DNA of 64,000 nucleotides from the human T2T-CHM13v2.0 reference genome, Homo sapiens: the NCBI RefSeq assembly GCF_009914755.1, contig NC_060947.1. One strand, given 5' to 3'. Positions 14,301-27,828 of this stretch are shown piece after piece. The position numbers and the translations under genes are program-made. The notes under the pieces were generated by a model. The model was not told where the DNA came from, searched no databases, and saw only the letters and a list, made by a program, of their open reading frames with translations. Each line of letters begins with the position of its first letter. Position 1 is the stretch's first letter.

Positions 14301-15909
14301 ACAAAATAGCCACAGTTATCCTAAGCAAAAGGAGCAAAACTGGAGGAATCTGATTACGTGATTTCGAATTTTACTACAGAGCTATAGTAATCAAAACAGC
14401 ATGGTACTGGCATAACAACAGACAAATAGACCAAGGGAACAGAATGGAGAATTCAGAAACGAATCCACATACTTACAGTCAACTCATTTTTGACAAAAGT
14501 GCCAACAATATACACTGGGAAAAATAGAGTCTCTTCAATAAATGGTGCTGGAAAAACTGGATATCCATATGCAAAAGAATAAAACTAGACACCTATCTCT
14601 CACCATATACAAAAATCAAATCAACATGGATTAAAGACTTAAATTGAAGACCTGAAACTATTAAACTACTACAAAAAAAACATTGGAAAAATCTAGCACA
14701 TTGGTCTGGGCAAAGACTTCTTGAGCAATACCCCACAAGCACAGGCAACCAAAGCAAACATGGACAAATGGAATCTTATCAAGTTAAAAAGCATCTGCCC
14801 AGCAAAGGATAAAATCAACAAAGTTAAATGACAACCCACAGAATGGGAGAAAACATTTGCAAGCTACTTATCTGACAAGGGTTTAATAACCCATTGTCAG
14901 GACTAATAATATATATCAGAAAATATAGGTAGCTCAAACAACTCTATAGGAAAAAAATCTAATAATCTGATTTAAAAATGGGCAACATATTTGAAGACAT
15001 TTTTTAAAAGAAGACATATAAATGGCAAACAAGAATATGCAAAAGTGCCCAACATCATTGATCATCAGATAAATGCAAATGAAAGCTACAATAAGATATC
15101 ATCTTACCCCAGTTAAAATGGCTTATATCCAAAAGACAGGCAATAACAAATGCTGGCAAGGATATGGAGAAAAGGAATCCTTGTACACTGTTAGTGGGAA
15201 AATAAATTAGTACAACCGTTTGAAGAACAGTTTGGAGTTTCCTCCTAAAACTAAAAATTGAGCTGCCATATGATTCAGCCATCCCACTGCTGAATATATA
15301 ACCAAAAGAAAGTTAATCAGTATATCCAAGATACATCTGCAGTCCTATATTCTTTGCAGTATTGTTTACAATAGCTAAAATTTAGAAGCCACCTAAGTGT
15401 CCATCAATAGATGAATGGATAAAGAAAATGGAGTGCATATACGCAATGCAGTATTATTCAGCCTTAAAAAAGAATGAGATCCAGTCATTTGCAACAGGAT
15501 GGATAGAACTGGAGAACATTATGTAGAGTGAAATAAGCCAGGCACATAAAGACAAACATTACATATTCTCACTTATTTCTGGGATCTGAAAACAAAAACA
15601 ATTGAACTAGTGAACATAGAGAGTAGAAGGATGGTTACTGGAGGCTGATATGGGTAATGGGGGATTGAAAGGGAGTTGAGGATGGTTAATGGGTACCAAA
15701 AAATAGAAAGAATGAATGAGACCTACTATTTGATAGCACAATAGGATGACTGTAGTCAATAATAACTTAATTGTGTATTTTTAAATAACCCCATTCTCCA
15801 TGATGTGCTTATTTCATATTGCATGCCTGTATCAAAACATGTCATATACCCCATAAATATATATACATACTATGTACCCACAATTTTTTAAAAATCATAT
15901 GATTTTTAA
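8315..15909 (+). mobile_element. Full-length decayed L1 (L1MA1-like), about 7.6 kb
   Basis: About 2-kb 5'UTR, ORF1 remnants (10618-11101), ORF2 remnants (11780 ..SIVTLNANGLNSQIKRHRL; 13447 ..KAFDKIQHP), L1MA1-type 3'UTR (GACCTACTATTTGATAGCACAATAGG); TSD AAAACCACAATGA 8302-8314 and AAAATCACAATGA 15910-15922 at a TT/AAAA site. Confidence 0.9.
11780..15590 (+). pseudogene. Disrupted L1 ORF2 (endonuclease/reverse transcriptase) of the L1MA1-like element
   Basis: Endonuclease motif CCLQETH in ORF 11780-11995; RT LADD (CTTGCTGATGAT near 13834); many stops and frameshifts. Confidence 0.85.
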
Positions 15910-16209
15910 AAAATCACAATGATGTATCATCTCATACTTAAATTGGGATGGCTATTATAAAAAAGATGAAAGATAAAAAAGTGTTGGTGAGGATGTGGAG
16001 AAGAGGGAGCCCTCATACCCCTCTGATAGGAATGTATATTAGTGCAGCCATTATGGAAAACAGTATGGAGTTTCCTCATGAAATTAAAAATGGAATTATC
16101 GTATGATTCAGCAATCTCACTTCTGGGTATGTATTCAAGGGAATTAAAATTAGTATGTCAAAGAAATATCTGCACTTTCATATTCATTGCAGCTTTACCC
16201 ACAATAGAC
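15910..16209 (+). mobile_element. Inverted arm of the L1MA insertion (continues 8278-8314)
   Basis: ORF2 C-terminal sequence continues across the L1MA1 TSD; ORF 16042 QPLWKTVWSFL..DSAISLLG..FIAAL is L1 ORF2-like. Confidence 0.8.
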
Positions 16210-16212
16210 CAG

Positions 16213-16737
16213 AAATTATATTTTGTTTTAATTTCAAATTCCCTACTTCATTGCTGGTACACAGAAAAGCAATTGATTTTTGTACATTAACTTTGCATCC
16301 CACAACCTTGATATAATCACTTACTAGTTGCAGGAGATTTTGAGACTTTCAATATAAACAATTATGGTCATCATCAAACATATACAGGTTCAGTTCTTCC
16401 TTCCTAATCTTTATAAATTTTATTTCCTTTTCTTGTATTGCTGAAAGTGAGGAGTTCCAGTACAATGTGGAATATGAGCGGTAAGAGATGATAGCCTTAC
16501 CTTGTTCCTGATCGTAGCAGAAAAGCATCTAGTTTCTGACCATTACATATGATGTTAGCTGTAGGTTTTCTGTAGATGTTCTTTATAAAGTTGAGGAAGT
16601 TCCCCTCTATTCCTAGTTTGCTGAGAGTTTTTATCATTAATGAATGTTGTATTTTGTCAAATGTTATTTCTCCATCTATTGATATGATCACTTGAATTTT
16701 CTTCCTATTGGTGTGATGGATTACATGAACTGATGGC
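16213..16737 (-). mobile_element. Old L1 (L1MC-like) ORF2, right part
   Basis: ORF 16497-16739 [22 protein letters not shown] is L1 RT-like; resumes the element broken at about 7729. Confidence 0.8.
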
Positions 16738-16949
16738 AAAAATTTTAAAACCTAATGTCCCATGGTAGTGTAATGTTGATGAAGTTATTTTATATCAGGA
16801 AGCCATTAATCAGGTTTTCAAAAATATTTTATAACATGGAAAAACGCTAATTTACATAAAAATGAAAAGAGAAGTGTACCGTGTGTATATAAAACACATA
16901 AATACAACGTTGTGTGTGTATACATAGTTATACATGCACATATATATGT

Positions 16950-17586
16950 ATTAAGTTATCATTATTCACAGTAATTATGTTCTATAAGGTCACCACAAAC
17001 ACAGAATTAGCAAATACTCAGCAGAACTCTTAGAGAAACTAAAGAATTAGATTCCTGTGAGCTTCTAGTCACATTTTCATCAACCAATCAATACATGATC
17101 TTGTTTTATGTGTGCTTCTGTTTAAAGACACCTTATTTAATATATACTGTTGATTTATTAATGTAAAACTCATGACCAACAGCTCCATAAATCATACCTG
17201 AACAAACTTTATCTAACACACATATTTTCTCCTCAAGGCACATCACAGCCTTCTTGCACTTAGGAAAACAGGACAGTGTTTCAGCACTTATGGGCTATTT
17301 TAAACAACAAAATCGCCAAGAAAAGGCACAAAATTTTAAAAACGTGGCACATAATACACTGCAAAATGACATTTGTTTATAGTATAAGACTGAAACAAGA
17401 AGGAAGGGCATTGCATTGTTCAGGCTCAGCTTGGAATACGTGTTGGGTAACTCAGATTTTTTGCAACTCTGCATGTCTGTGAATGACCATGAAAGAAATG
17501 GAAGTATTAATTTTGGGTTTACAAATAAATTTTAGTGAGTAGAGGAATTTGCAAATATGAAACCTATCAATAATGATAATCAATTG
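16950..17586 (+). mobile_element. TcMar-Tigger DNA transposon (MER82-like)
   Basis: Imperfect terminal inverted repeats (TTATCATTATT.. / ..AATAATGATAA) and TTATGTTCTATAAGGTCACCACAAACACAGAATTAGCAAATAC, resembling MER82 as remembered; TA-rich flanks. Confidence 0.7.
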
Positions 17587-18031
17587 TGTGTATATACGTA
17601 TATATACACACAGATATAATGTTTGTACATATATATTATGATTTTAAATTGTATTAAAAAGGGAAAATAAATATATAATACTAAAAGGAAATATATTAGG
17701 TTTATAGTAATGTTTATTACAGATGTTTAAGTTTTATTCTTTGTACTTTTCTGTAGTTTTTCCATTTTTATGTGTAAAGATATTCATTGCAAAGTCAACT
17801 ACAATGATAAGTTTACTAAACCAAAGTGTTCAGTGAACACTTAACTGTGTCAATTTCATTAACATAAAATACTATGCAGCCTTTAAATATTATATTTAAG
17901 AATAATTTTTGATGATGTAGGCAATGCTTATGATAAAATGTTAAAGGAAAAAGATATCAAAGTGTATATATAGATATATAATGTGTATATAAATACACAC
18001 AATTACTATAAACCTAATGTATTTCCTTTTT

Positions 18032-18032
<1 letters not shown>

Positions 18033-18067
<35 letters not shown>
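18033..18067. repeat. (CA)n microsatellite
   Basis: About 15 CA units visible. Confidence 0.95.
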
Positions 18068-19767
18068 TGGATTCTCAACTTTTTCAAGAAATGGCTATCA
18101 GTACAGAGGTCAAATATTAGCAATGTTTCTGTCTGAAGGATTTTTGAAAAATTACTATCCTTTTCTCTAAACATTTCTATATTTTCTAATCTCCTCAAAA
18201 TCTCCACAAATTTCTGTATTTTCTAGTCCCCTCTTAAAAATAGAAAAAATATATTTACCATGCCTAGTAACTAATCAAAATCTCGGTGATATAGGCCATT
18301 TTTCTGCAACTTAAGATAACTGCATAAATTTCAAATTCTTTTCCAAGAAAACATTCAGTTTTAGAACATGTCAGGTTTAATAGTCTTTGCATTTCCAACC
18401 AATATTTCTATAATTAACATGGAATGCTTTAATAATAAATCAAAAACAAAAAAGGAAAAGGAAAAAAAGAAAATTGTCTTGGGAATTGTTACTAATATGT
18501 TAACAGAATGCAGACATGAATTTAAAACTGAACTAATCTATGTAGCCATTTCAACATGACATAAATTAGAGGAGGATATTATTCATATCTCTATTCCCAT
18601 CAAAGATAAGGTAGGGTAAAGATGAGAAAAACGTGTGAGTATAAGTCATGTTCAAAAAGTAGGAGAAACTGATGGTGAACATTTGTTTCCTTATGCTACA
18701 TGCTGCAACAAGTTAGCATCATGAGTTTCCTTGCAAATAAATATTGGTTTTGAAAGTATGTATACATTTTATTGAAACATACTGTATATTTGAGTGTGCT
18801 GAAAAGCCTGTTTGTAAGGCTATTAAATTATACAACACATCAAAGACAACACAGCTTCTAAACAAATGTGCAAGCTTTTGTTAAAGCAAAACTCTTATTT
18901 AACTTTGGAGCATGGTAAATTTTACAATGGATTTGGTTCAACAAGATGATTTCTTCATTAAGACTTCTTTGGTTATGGTATAGAACCTTTCTTTAGAGTC
19001 CGCACATAAACTTGAAGAAACAATAAAAATTTTAGAAGCCCAAGACTCAGAACCTCTTGGGCTTCTAAAATCTGACAGCAAGAACCGAATAATGTGGTTT
19101 ATGTAGCTTGCCTTCTGAAGTTAGGAAGGCATATATCATACAAATATTTCAAAAACAATTATTAAGATGTAAAACAGTAAAAATCAAATTGTTAAGTGAA
19201 ATAACATTAACACATTACTGAGGCTTGGACTGTTAGCATCTGTTATATATTACAACAATATCCCTTCAGAGTAGTTGTCAAGTGTTTTCTTACTTTTAAT
19301 GTCATCTCTTGTTTTTAAGAAGTGTGATTATAAAGTAGTCTGACTATTTTAATCTAACATACTATATACCACTTTTCTCCTAATGAGCACCTCTTCCTTT
19401 AAATGAATCATTTTAAGATGCTACAGATTTCCTTCATTGCTGAAACCTTGCTTGGAACTCCTTTTTAGAAACTACCTCTAACACATGAAGAAGGCCACTG
19501 GAATATTTTATAGTCCCCCTTTATTTTTTGACTCCAGTTTAATGGAAAGACACTCCTTCAAAACCTTTTTACTATTTGTCAGCCAAATTTCCCACTCCAC
19601 CAAGGAGAATAATTGACCACTGTTAAGATTAAAAGGATGAAAACATAAACTTGATAATACATATTAGTATTTATAGATATGGGAGAATCTCACTATATAT
19701 TAAGTTTTAAAAGTCATTTAATAAATGCCATGTATAGTATGATATTTACATATATATTTCCAAATTT

Positions 19768-20500
19768 TTATTCAACAGATATTTGTTGAACAACTTACTA
19801 TGTGCCAGGCACCGTTTATTGTTTAAGCAATAAATAAAACAACATCCTTGTCATTATAAAGCTTATGGTCTAGTGGTGGAGGCAGACATTAAACTATACA
19901 TATAGTATATTGAGGATAAGTGACAGGTAAGGATAAGTGCTAGAACGAAAAATAAAGCAAGTAGAAAAACAGGCAGTATCAAGAGAAAGTGCTTTTTAAA
20001 ATACAATAGTGGGTGACATTTATGCAGATACCTCAATGAAGTGAAAGAGCAAATCATGTGACTATCTATGGGTAGAACATTACTAATAGAGGGAACAACA
20101 AGCTGAAGTCCCCAAAGCTGAATCATGCTTTAATTTGAGAAGCAGCAAAGAGGCCAATATGACTAAAATGGCATAAGAGGAAGAATGACAACTGATGAGA
20201 CAATAAACACAGGCAGGAGTCAAATGGACTTAATAGACCATGTAAAAGAGGGTGGATTTATTGGAAGTCTGATGGGAAGTCACTGGACATTTTTGAATAG
20301 GTAAAAAGCATGACCAGATCAACATTCTAAAAGGATCACTCTGGATGTTGGGTGAAGAATAGACCGTAGACCAGCTAGACGTTATTGATATACTCCAGGC
20401 AGGATATCATGATGGTTTGGACAAGGATGGTAGTAATGTTGAAGACAGTGAGAACTGGTTAGATTTGATAAAATTTTTGAATGTAGAACTGACAGGCTTT
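19768..20500 (-). mobile_element. L2 LINE 3' fragment
   Basis: TTCAACAGATATTTGTTGA..ACTATGTGCCAGGCAC and AAAGGATCACTCTGG, typical antisense L2. Confidence 0.75.
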
Positions 20501-21258
20501 GTATATATGCACATCAATAGATACTAACAAAATATTCAAAATATTAACAGTTAATATCTATGAGTTTTGGAGTTATAAGTGATCTTCAGTTTCTTTTTCA
20601 TGTATTTCTATACTAGTTGATGATTTGTTTCCATCGGTACCAAAAAAAATTGTTTTATTTGGGGGTAGGGTGGGGCAGGGTACTTAATCAAAAACTCAGC
20701 CCCTGAAGCCAATTGACAAAAATACAGTGCCAAATAATTGTAGCCATTTGGTAGTTGAGGTAACTGCTGCCAGAATCACAACTGGGGGTACCCTGCTAAG
20801 AAGGGGTGAACATTGGATGGTAAGACAGGTCAGTCCAAGGAAAGCCCAGGTCCTGAGACCATGAAGACTTCCTGGGGTATGGCAGACCACTGAGGAAGAA
20901 CTCAACGGTTACTACAGAAAAGGATCCTGATAAGAGGGCAAAACATTCTGGGAGCCTGACAACAAACAACAAGCAGAAGTTAAGGCTTGAGCATGGAGAA
21001 TATTCAGTGGCAGGCAAGATTTTCTAACAAAATAGTGTTCCTCAGTTTTAGAGGAATATGGCAATAGGCAGAGGCCTCAGCAGGCAAGTGGTGGCATAGG
21101 AAAATATGGCAGAAATAGAAGGAATCAATCTTCACCAAACCCATGAGAAGTATGATAACCCTCTGCCCCAAGCCAAGCCACTAATGCAGTGGAAGAACAA
21201 CAGTTGCTCTATAGAAGGTACAATTTCCTTTATTGACAATCATCACAATCTAGCCTAA

Positions 21259-21578
<320 letters not shown>

Positions 21579-23234
21579 GGTTCCATTATTCTTTAACCCT
21601 TAAAAACACAAAGAGGGCTGTCTCATTTGCAAGGCTAGTTGAAACAGATATGTTTCCAAGAGGGATAAAGAATGGCATTCATTTCAGGTCTTCACATGCA
21701 CACCACACCATGCTCACCCACCAGCAATCTTTCCTCACTATGACATAAAACACAAACACAAGCCTACACTATCTACTAATTAGCTCCTATCCTGAAATCT
21801 TGATGCTAAATTCCTTAATAATGAGAGGCTTGCCTCATTCATCTTTATACTCTCAGTATATAGAGTGTCCAGCTCATAGTAGGTGTCCCATAATTATTTC
21901 TTGAAAGAAGGAATAAATGAATGGACAAACCCGATATCATGGAAATTCTGCTTGGTGACATTATGATGACATTGTGTTTATATTACATACCTGCATATAA
22001 GTTGTACATTCATCTTCATAACATCACCTGCCCAAACTTGTTGAAATTCTGACTGGAAAAGTAACCTGTACAAATGTCAGCTAATCCAACTGAATTGTTT
22101 TCTAAGTCCTGCCTACAATTTTACACATGTTGATACTAATCATTTTGAGCCAACCCTGTACTCAGCAGTTTCTCAAGGCTGATCTGAATCAGCAGTGTCT
22201 TTCTAGAGACATAAGACTGTTCCTTCCTTCCAGAGGCATAGTGTAGCATTTTCTATCTGAAACAAGTGACTGAAAACAAGTGACTGAAAACCAAGTAGTG
22301 GAAACTAATGGACCTTTGTCAATTCTAGCATTATCAGAAGATGCACTGACTGGACAGGACATCAAAAGACCTAGGTTCCAGCCCAAACTCTGTCACTAAA
22401 TAGCACTCTAACCCCAGACAGTTCACTTTGTCTCTCTGTGCTATCATTTCCCAACCCATAAAATATGTATGTAGAGCCAGAGGCCCCATGATGCCACATT
22501 TGGCTTTAAGATTGCATAAGATCTATGAGGACAGGAAGCTGACATCATGGATGCTGGACAAAACCTTTTGAATGAAGGGGCAAAGGAGCATCTAAATACA
22601 ATAAAAACTATAGACAATGTTTCTCCCCACAAAGTAGAAAGGGCCTTAGTGAATGAACACAGAGAGTCTAAACATGTTCATAATTGAAATGCAAGTACTT
22701 GTACTTAAAAAGGAATTTCTATGGGGACTCAAGTTATGTCCATCAAAATTCAGTCACACATCGACTATAAGTGAAAAATAGCTTCCTGACCAAAAGGTAT
22801 AATGAATTAAAGAGAGGAGTCTTCCCTAAAGCATACGGGGTGAGGTTCTGCCACTTGATTAAGATGAATATGTCTTGTATAAAATTAGGTACTTCCTTAG
22901 TGATATTTAGTTAACACTTTAAAACCCGGAGGCACCATATAGTTCAAAAGAGTAATATTTTATTTAATCCAATTAAATGTTCCCTCAGATGCCTCTAAAT
23001 TATTCCTGTGGAATTTTTCAATCCATCTTCAGTCTGAAAATACTTTTGTATAGTCAAAAACTACTTCTTCAAACTTTACTTTCCTCCCTCAAACGACAAT
23101 TCATAGTCAACTACAATAACAGTAAACATCTTAATTAGTAATAATCAAAGTTATTACTATAATTTTGATTATTACAATCATTTATCAAAATTATTATTAC
23201 AAATATTCAGAAAGTATTTACAATCCATATGTTT

Positions 23235-23440
23235 CTGAGCATTTTAGATACATCATTTTATTTCATGCTCACAGTGACCCTATAAATTAGCTATCACTAT
23301 CATCATTTTACAGATGAGCAAATGAAGCTCAGGAAGGTTAAACAACTTGCCCAAGGTATTCATAGCTCATGAGCAACAGAGCTGGGACATAAATCCCAGC
23401 CTCCCTGACTGCAAAGTCCAAGCTCTTATTCTTTATGTTA
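23235..23440 (-). mobile_element. MIR SINE
   Basis: CATTTTACAGATGAGCAAATGAAGCTCAGGAAGGTTAAACAACTTGCCCAAGG is the antisense MIR core. Confidence 0.85.
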
Positions 23441-24404
23441 CATTGTTCAATAGCACACTGGTGTTGGACTGTTATTCTTTCCATAAGTGTTCATTGAATA
23501 CTAAGTGCTGGATACTGTGCTACATGTGGAAATAAAATAGTGGGCAAGATAGAACCTCTCTCATGGTGCTTATACAGTAGCAGTGAAGACAATTAAACAA
23601 GCAATAACAGTGTAATAACTGTTATGATGGTGAATTAAGAGGTTGTAGGAGATCACAGAGCCAATCCCTTTTAAATGGAGATTCAGCAGCAAAACTCACC
23701 TCTTCGTTGGATAAACCTGCCTCAGTTTTGTGTATGCATCAATTTCTATAGCAACTGACTTAATGAATTAAGCTGGTGTTTTGGGCAGGTGATGTTATGG
23801 AGCTGAATGTACAACTTATATGCAAATGTGTAATATAAACACGATGATGTTCTTGTAACATCACCAAGTAGAATTTTCAGTGATATCAGGTTTATTCATT
23901 CATTTATTCCTTCTTTCAACAAATAATAATCACAAACACGGGGGAGGGTTTTCTTAACTCTAATTTTCATTAGATAATTAACATTTGCCTGTCCCTCAGG
24001 ATGACTCTGGAAACCGTCCTCCTGCTAGACAGTTCCTACAATATATGATTAATGAATGCAGGCTTTGGTAACTATTTCCTCTCTTAGAAAATCCTAGTAA
24101 TGTTATGTACATAACACTAGTGAAATATGCATATGAACCTGAATGCATTTATTATCTGAATTATCAAATTAAATTTCATAAATGTTAGTAAAATCACAGG
24201 AACCTTCAAAAAGACATGGGTAACATAGATGATTATCTTTGATAATATCTGAAAAATCTACTGTAATGATAAAACTCCCTTTCTAATTTCATTTAGAGGC
24301 TTGAAATGCCCATTTTGGTTGCTATATATGGAAATATATATATTTGGCTATCTGGTCCATGAAACTAATGAGGCAGAATCTATCTGGCAATCATAATACA
24401 TATT

Positions 24405-24620
24405 ATAATAATGGCTACAATTCTTGAACACATAATGTGTGTCAGGCATTGTGCAATGTACTTTTTAAGTGTAATCCCATTTAATCCTCACAGTTAAGAA
24501 TTAGTATCCCCATTTGTCAGACTGGAAAACTGAAATTTAGAAAGATGAAGTAACTTTCCCAGTAATTTGGATCTGAACCCAAGAAGTCAGAATATAGAAC
24601 CCAGAGTCTTAACCACTGAA
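24405..24620 (-). mobile_element. MIR SINE
   Basis: TTTAATCCTCACA..CCCCATTTGTCAGACTGGAAAACTGA..TAACTTTCCCA; ends at TCTTAACCACT. Confidence 0.7.
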
Positions 24621-25139
24621 GGCATTGGCAAGCACTTGTAAAGGACTTAGCACAGAGCCTGCACTTAGTAATTTGCTGAGGATCACACATGAGAGGAGTT
24701 GCTCTTTGTACACAGACTAGACACCACATTGAAAAGGACAGCTGAAAAGGCAAACTTCAATCTCTCTCTCTCTCGCTCTCTCTCTGCCCCCCCCAACCCC
24801 CCGCTGCCTTTTTCGTCTAGCTCATTCTCTCACCATGCTCCACTCAGCCCCAATTCTAGGTTCCATGCTATTTTCCAAGACACTCATCCTCGTCAATTCC
24901 TCGCTTTCCCAGGCTGTCGTTATGATCCAACCTCCACCACCACTTATTAGAGATCTGCAACCTTATTTAAATAAAATATAAAATTACTCTTAAGAAGGAA
25001 TTAAAAAATGAGGGGGAAAATGTTGGGAAATACTGTTGCAACCATTTCCTGTCCTCCAGATCTTTCCTGTGGAATGAGGTTCTTCACCCTAAGGATGCTA
25101 TGGATGGTTTGTGAAGAATCAAGTGCAACTATGTAGTTA

Positions 25140-25188
25140 TTAGGTTGCTGCAAAAGTAATTGCGATTTTTGCGATTGAAAGTAATAAG
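25140..25188. mobile_element. MADE1 (Hsmar1 MITE) half element
   Basis: TTAGGTTGCTGCAAAAGTAATTGCGATTTTTGCGATTGAAAGTAAT is one MADE1 TIR plus spacer; second arm missing. Confidence 0.85.
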
Positions 25189-26435
25189 CATCTGTATTTT
25201 TTTTTCTGGAGGGGGGTAAGTAAAGTACATAGCTTTCATCAGATTAAAAAAGGGGCCTATGTCATAAAAAGGTAAGCATCTTTTTGTTTAAATTAATGTT
25301 TAAATCTTAACTAGAATTCTTGTCATATACACAGCATTCCCCCTACTGTATTTTTCAGTCTCTACCACAATTCTGGTCCAACTCCTAAGGCACTTCCTCA
25401 CCCTACATCCCTCAGACAGCCTCTTTCCTGACTCTTATCCTGCCTGCTTTCCTGCCAGAATTTGCTGATAACTCCCAGGGACAAGCTCTGTCTGTGGCAA
25501 TCAAAGGGATGGAGAAAAGTGCCTGAATTCACAATTCTCCAGCCCCACATGGCACGCCAGCTGCAGTCTGTGCAGACCTATTACAGCAAAAGCTGTGTTA
25601 TCTGGCACTTCTCCAACATAAAAGAACTGGAAACCAGCATTTCTAAAATCCTCTAATACAAATCCCCAACCTAGTAACTGAAATTGATGCCATTGAAATT
25701 CAGCTACAGTGACACAACCCTTTGAAAGAGGCCTGATCAAAATCCAAAGCTAAAAGTTGTCTCTGATAAGTTGAGCTAAGCAGCATAAACCCAGCAGGCA
25801 GAAGAAAATCTAGCCCTGAAACTTTAGATTGAAACAAAACAAAAACAAAAACCAGGAGACAGTAAAGACATTTTAAAATACTAAATGAGAATAGGAACTA
25901 AAAAACTAGAGGTAGTTGTGAAACCTTGAAAAGTACCTTAGTCTTTAAAATGATTATAATGACTATATAGAAATGTGGAAACTTATATAACACATGATAT
26001 TAAATGAAAAAGCAGGATATACAGTTTTTATGATCACAACTGTAGAAAGGTATATGCATGTGGAAAAAGGATGAGAAAGGATATATGAGAGTAAAATCAT
26101 TGTAAATTTTAAAGTGCTTGGACTCAGGACAATGTTTTTATCCTTTTTAAAATTTATATATTGTCACTCGCATCATGTGTTTACTATTTAAAGACAGAAA
26201 GAGGCAATACCCTCAAATAAAAAAGAAGTACTAAAGGTCATTAAGCTCAGAGAGGCAATTTATAGAAAAGTACATCTAAAATTGCATCTAAATCATTATG
26301 TTGACTATATCTAGACACTAAATCTATTTTATTCCTATCAAAACTGCAGCACTTAAAATATTGAGAACATAAAAGAAAAACAAGTTTTTCAAATCCCTGG
26401 GAAATTTAACCCAATTAAAAATATTTATGGAGCTT

Positions 26436-26745
<310 letters not shown>

Positions 26746-27781
26746 CTATACACTTAGCTCTGTGAAATGACGGAGAAATAGATTTAAATGGCAAAGATTT
26801 GCCAGCTAACCCCCCAAGGACCCATTCACCTGAGTATCTCTCTAGCGACTGCCTGCCTCCAGACTCTCCTTCAGTGCAGTGTCGGTTTTGCCTTCCTATC
26901 CCTGCCTCTCAAAACCTGTTTATACCTGACATCAATTTTTATTTACCACATGGTAATTCTTTGGTAAATTCAAGTAGTAATCAATGGGATTTTTAAAAAA
27001 TTTACTGACAACCACACCCCCACACTCATTCTCCCTATTATTGGCCTTCCAGCTCAGTGCTGGGCAAAGTGGAAAAAGAAACTGTTTCATGGTAGGCTTA
27101 GGTCATCAAGGTTCAATGTCCAGACTCTCTTTATTTCCCTCTGAGTTCTTTGTATGCAATTCATGTCACTACCAGGAGGTTAATGGTTGACTGGGCTTAT
27201 TTATGGTCAAGGATCCTCATAGGAATGACGAATGAACCTGAGACTGCAATTTACTTCTGTTTTTACATAAGACATACAAGTTAATTATTATACTTTGTAA
27301 CTGTAACAAACTCTAGTTACTCAATGTACCAAGTGATAAATTTAGAGCAACATTGTAAAAAATATGAATGTTTAATCTAGTCCTTGAAGGATATCATCCT
27401 GACATTAGTAAAATAATTATTCCTGAATCTTAGTCATTTGAAATTCATTTTATATCTGAGCTTCAGTTGCCTCACCTGGAAAATTAGAATGTTGTTACCT
27501 GCCCCAAAAGGAGTACATGGAACCAAATGATCTGAGGTCCCTTCCAACTCTAAAGTATGGAAGAGTATAATAAGACAAAAGACAACTATGTTTTAAAATA
27601 GTTTTGCGGTGATTTCTCCAAATAGGTGCATAATATTTATTTACTCAATGTTTTGGTGATGAGAAAGACAACAAATGCAATTAAAAGTATCCCTTACTTG
27701 CAGAAGAGCTTTGTGCACAAGGTCACGTCTAGGTTCAAAGCATCTGGTATTGACTCCAGGACTTTGTCCTGTTAGATTTTG

Positions 27782-27783
<2 letters not shown>

Positions 27784-27826
<43 letters not shown>
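27784..27826. repeat. (GT)n microsatellite, about 21 units
   Basis: Uninterrupted GT run. Confidence 0.97.

Positions 27827-27828
<2 letters not shown>

Noticed and set aside
17585-17612. Near-palindrome TGTGTGTATATACGTATATATACACACA
   Set aside because: Low-complexity TG/TA/CA sequence beside a transposon TA site; symmetry is expected.
20660-21230. Purine-rich segment that might be an old LTR or exon
   Set aside because: No termini, TSD, splice pair or recognisable ORF that I can support.
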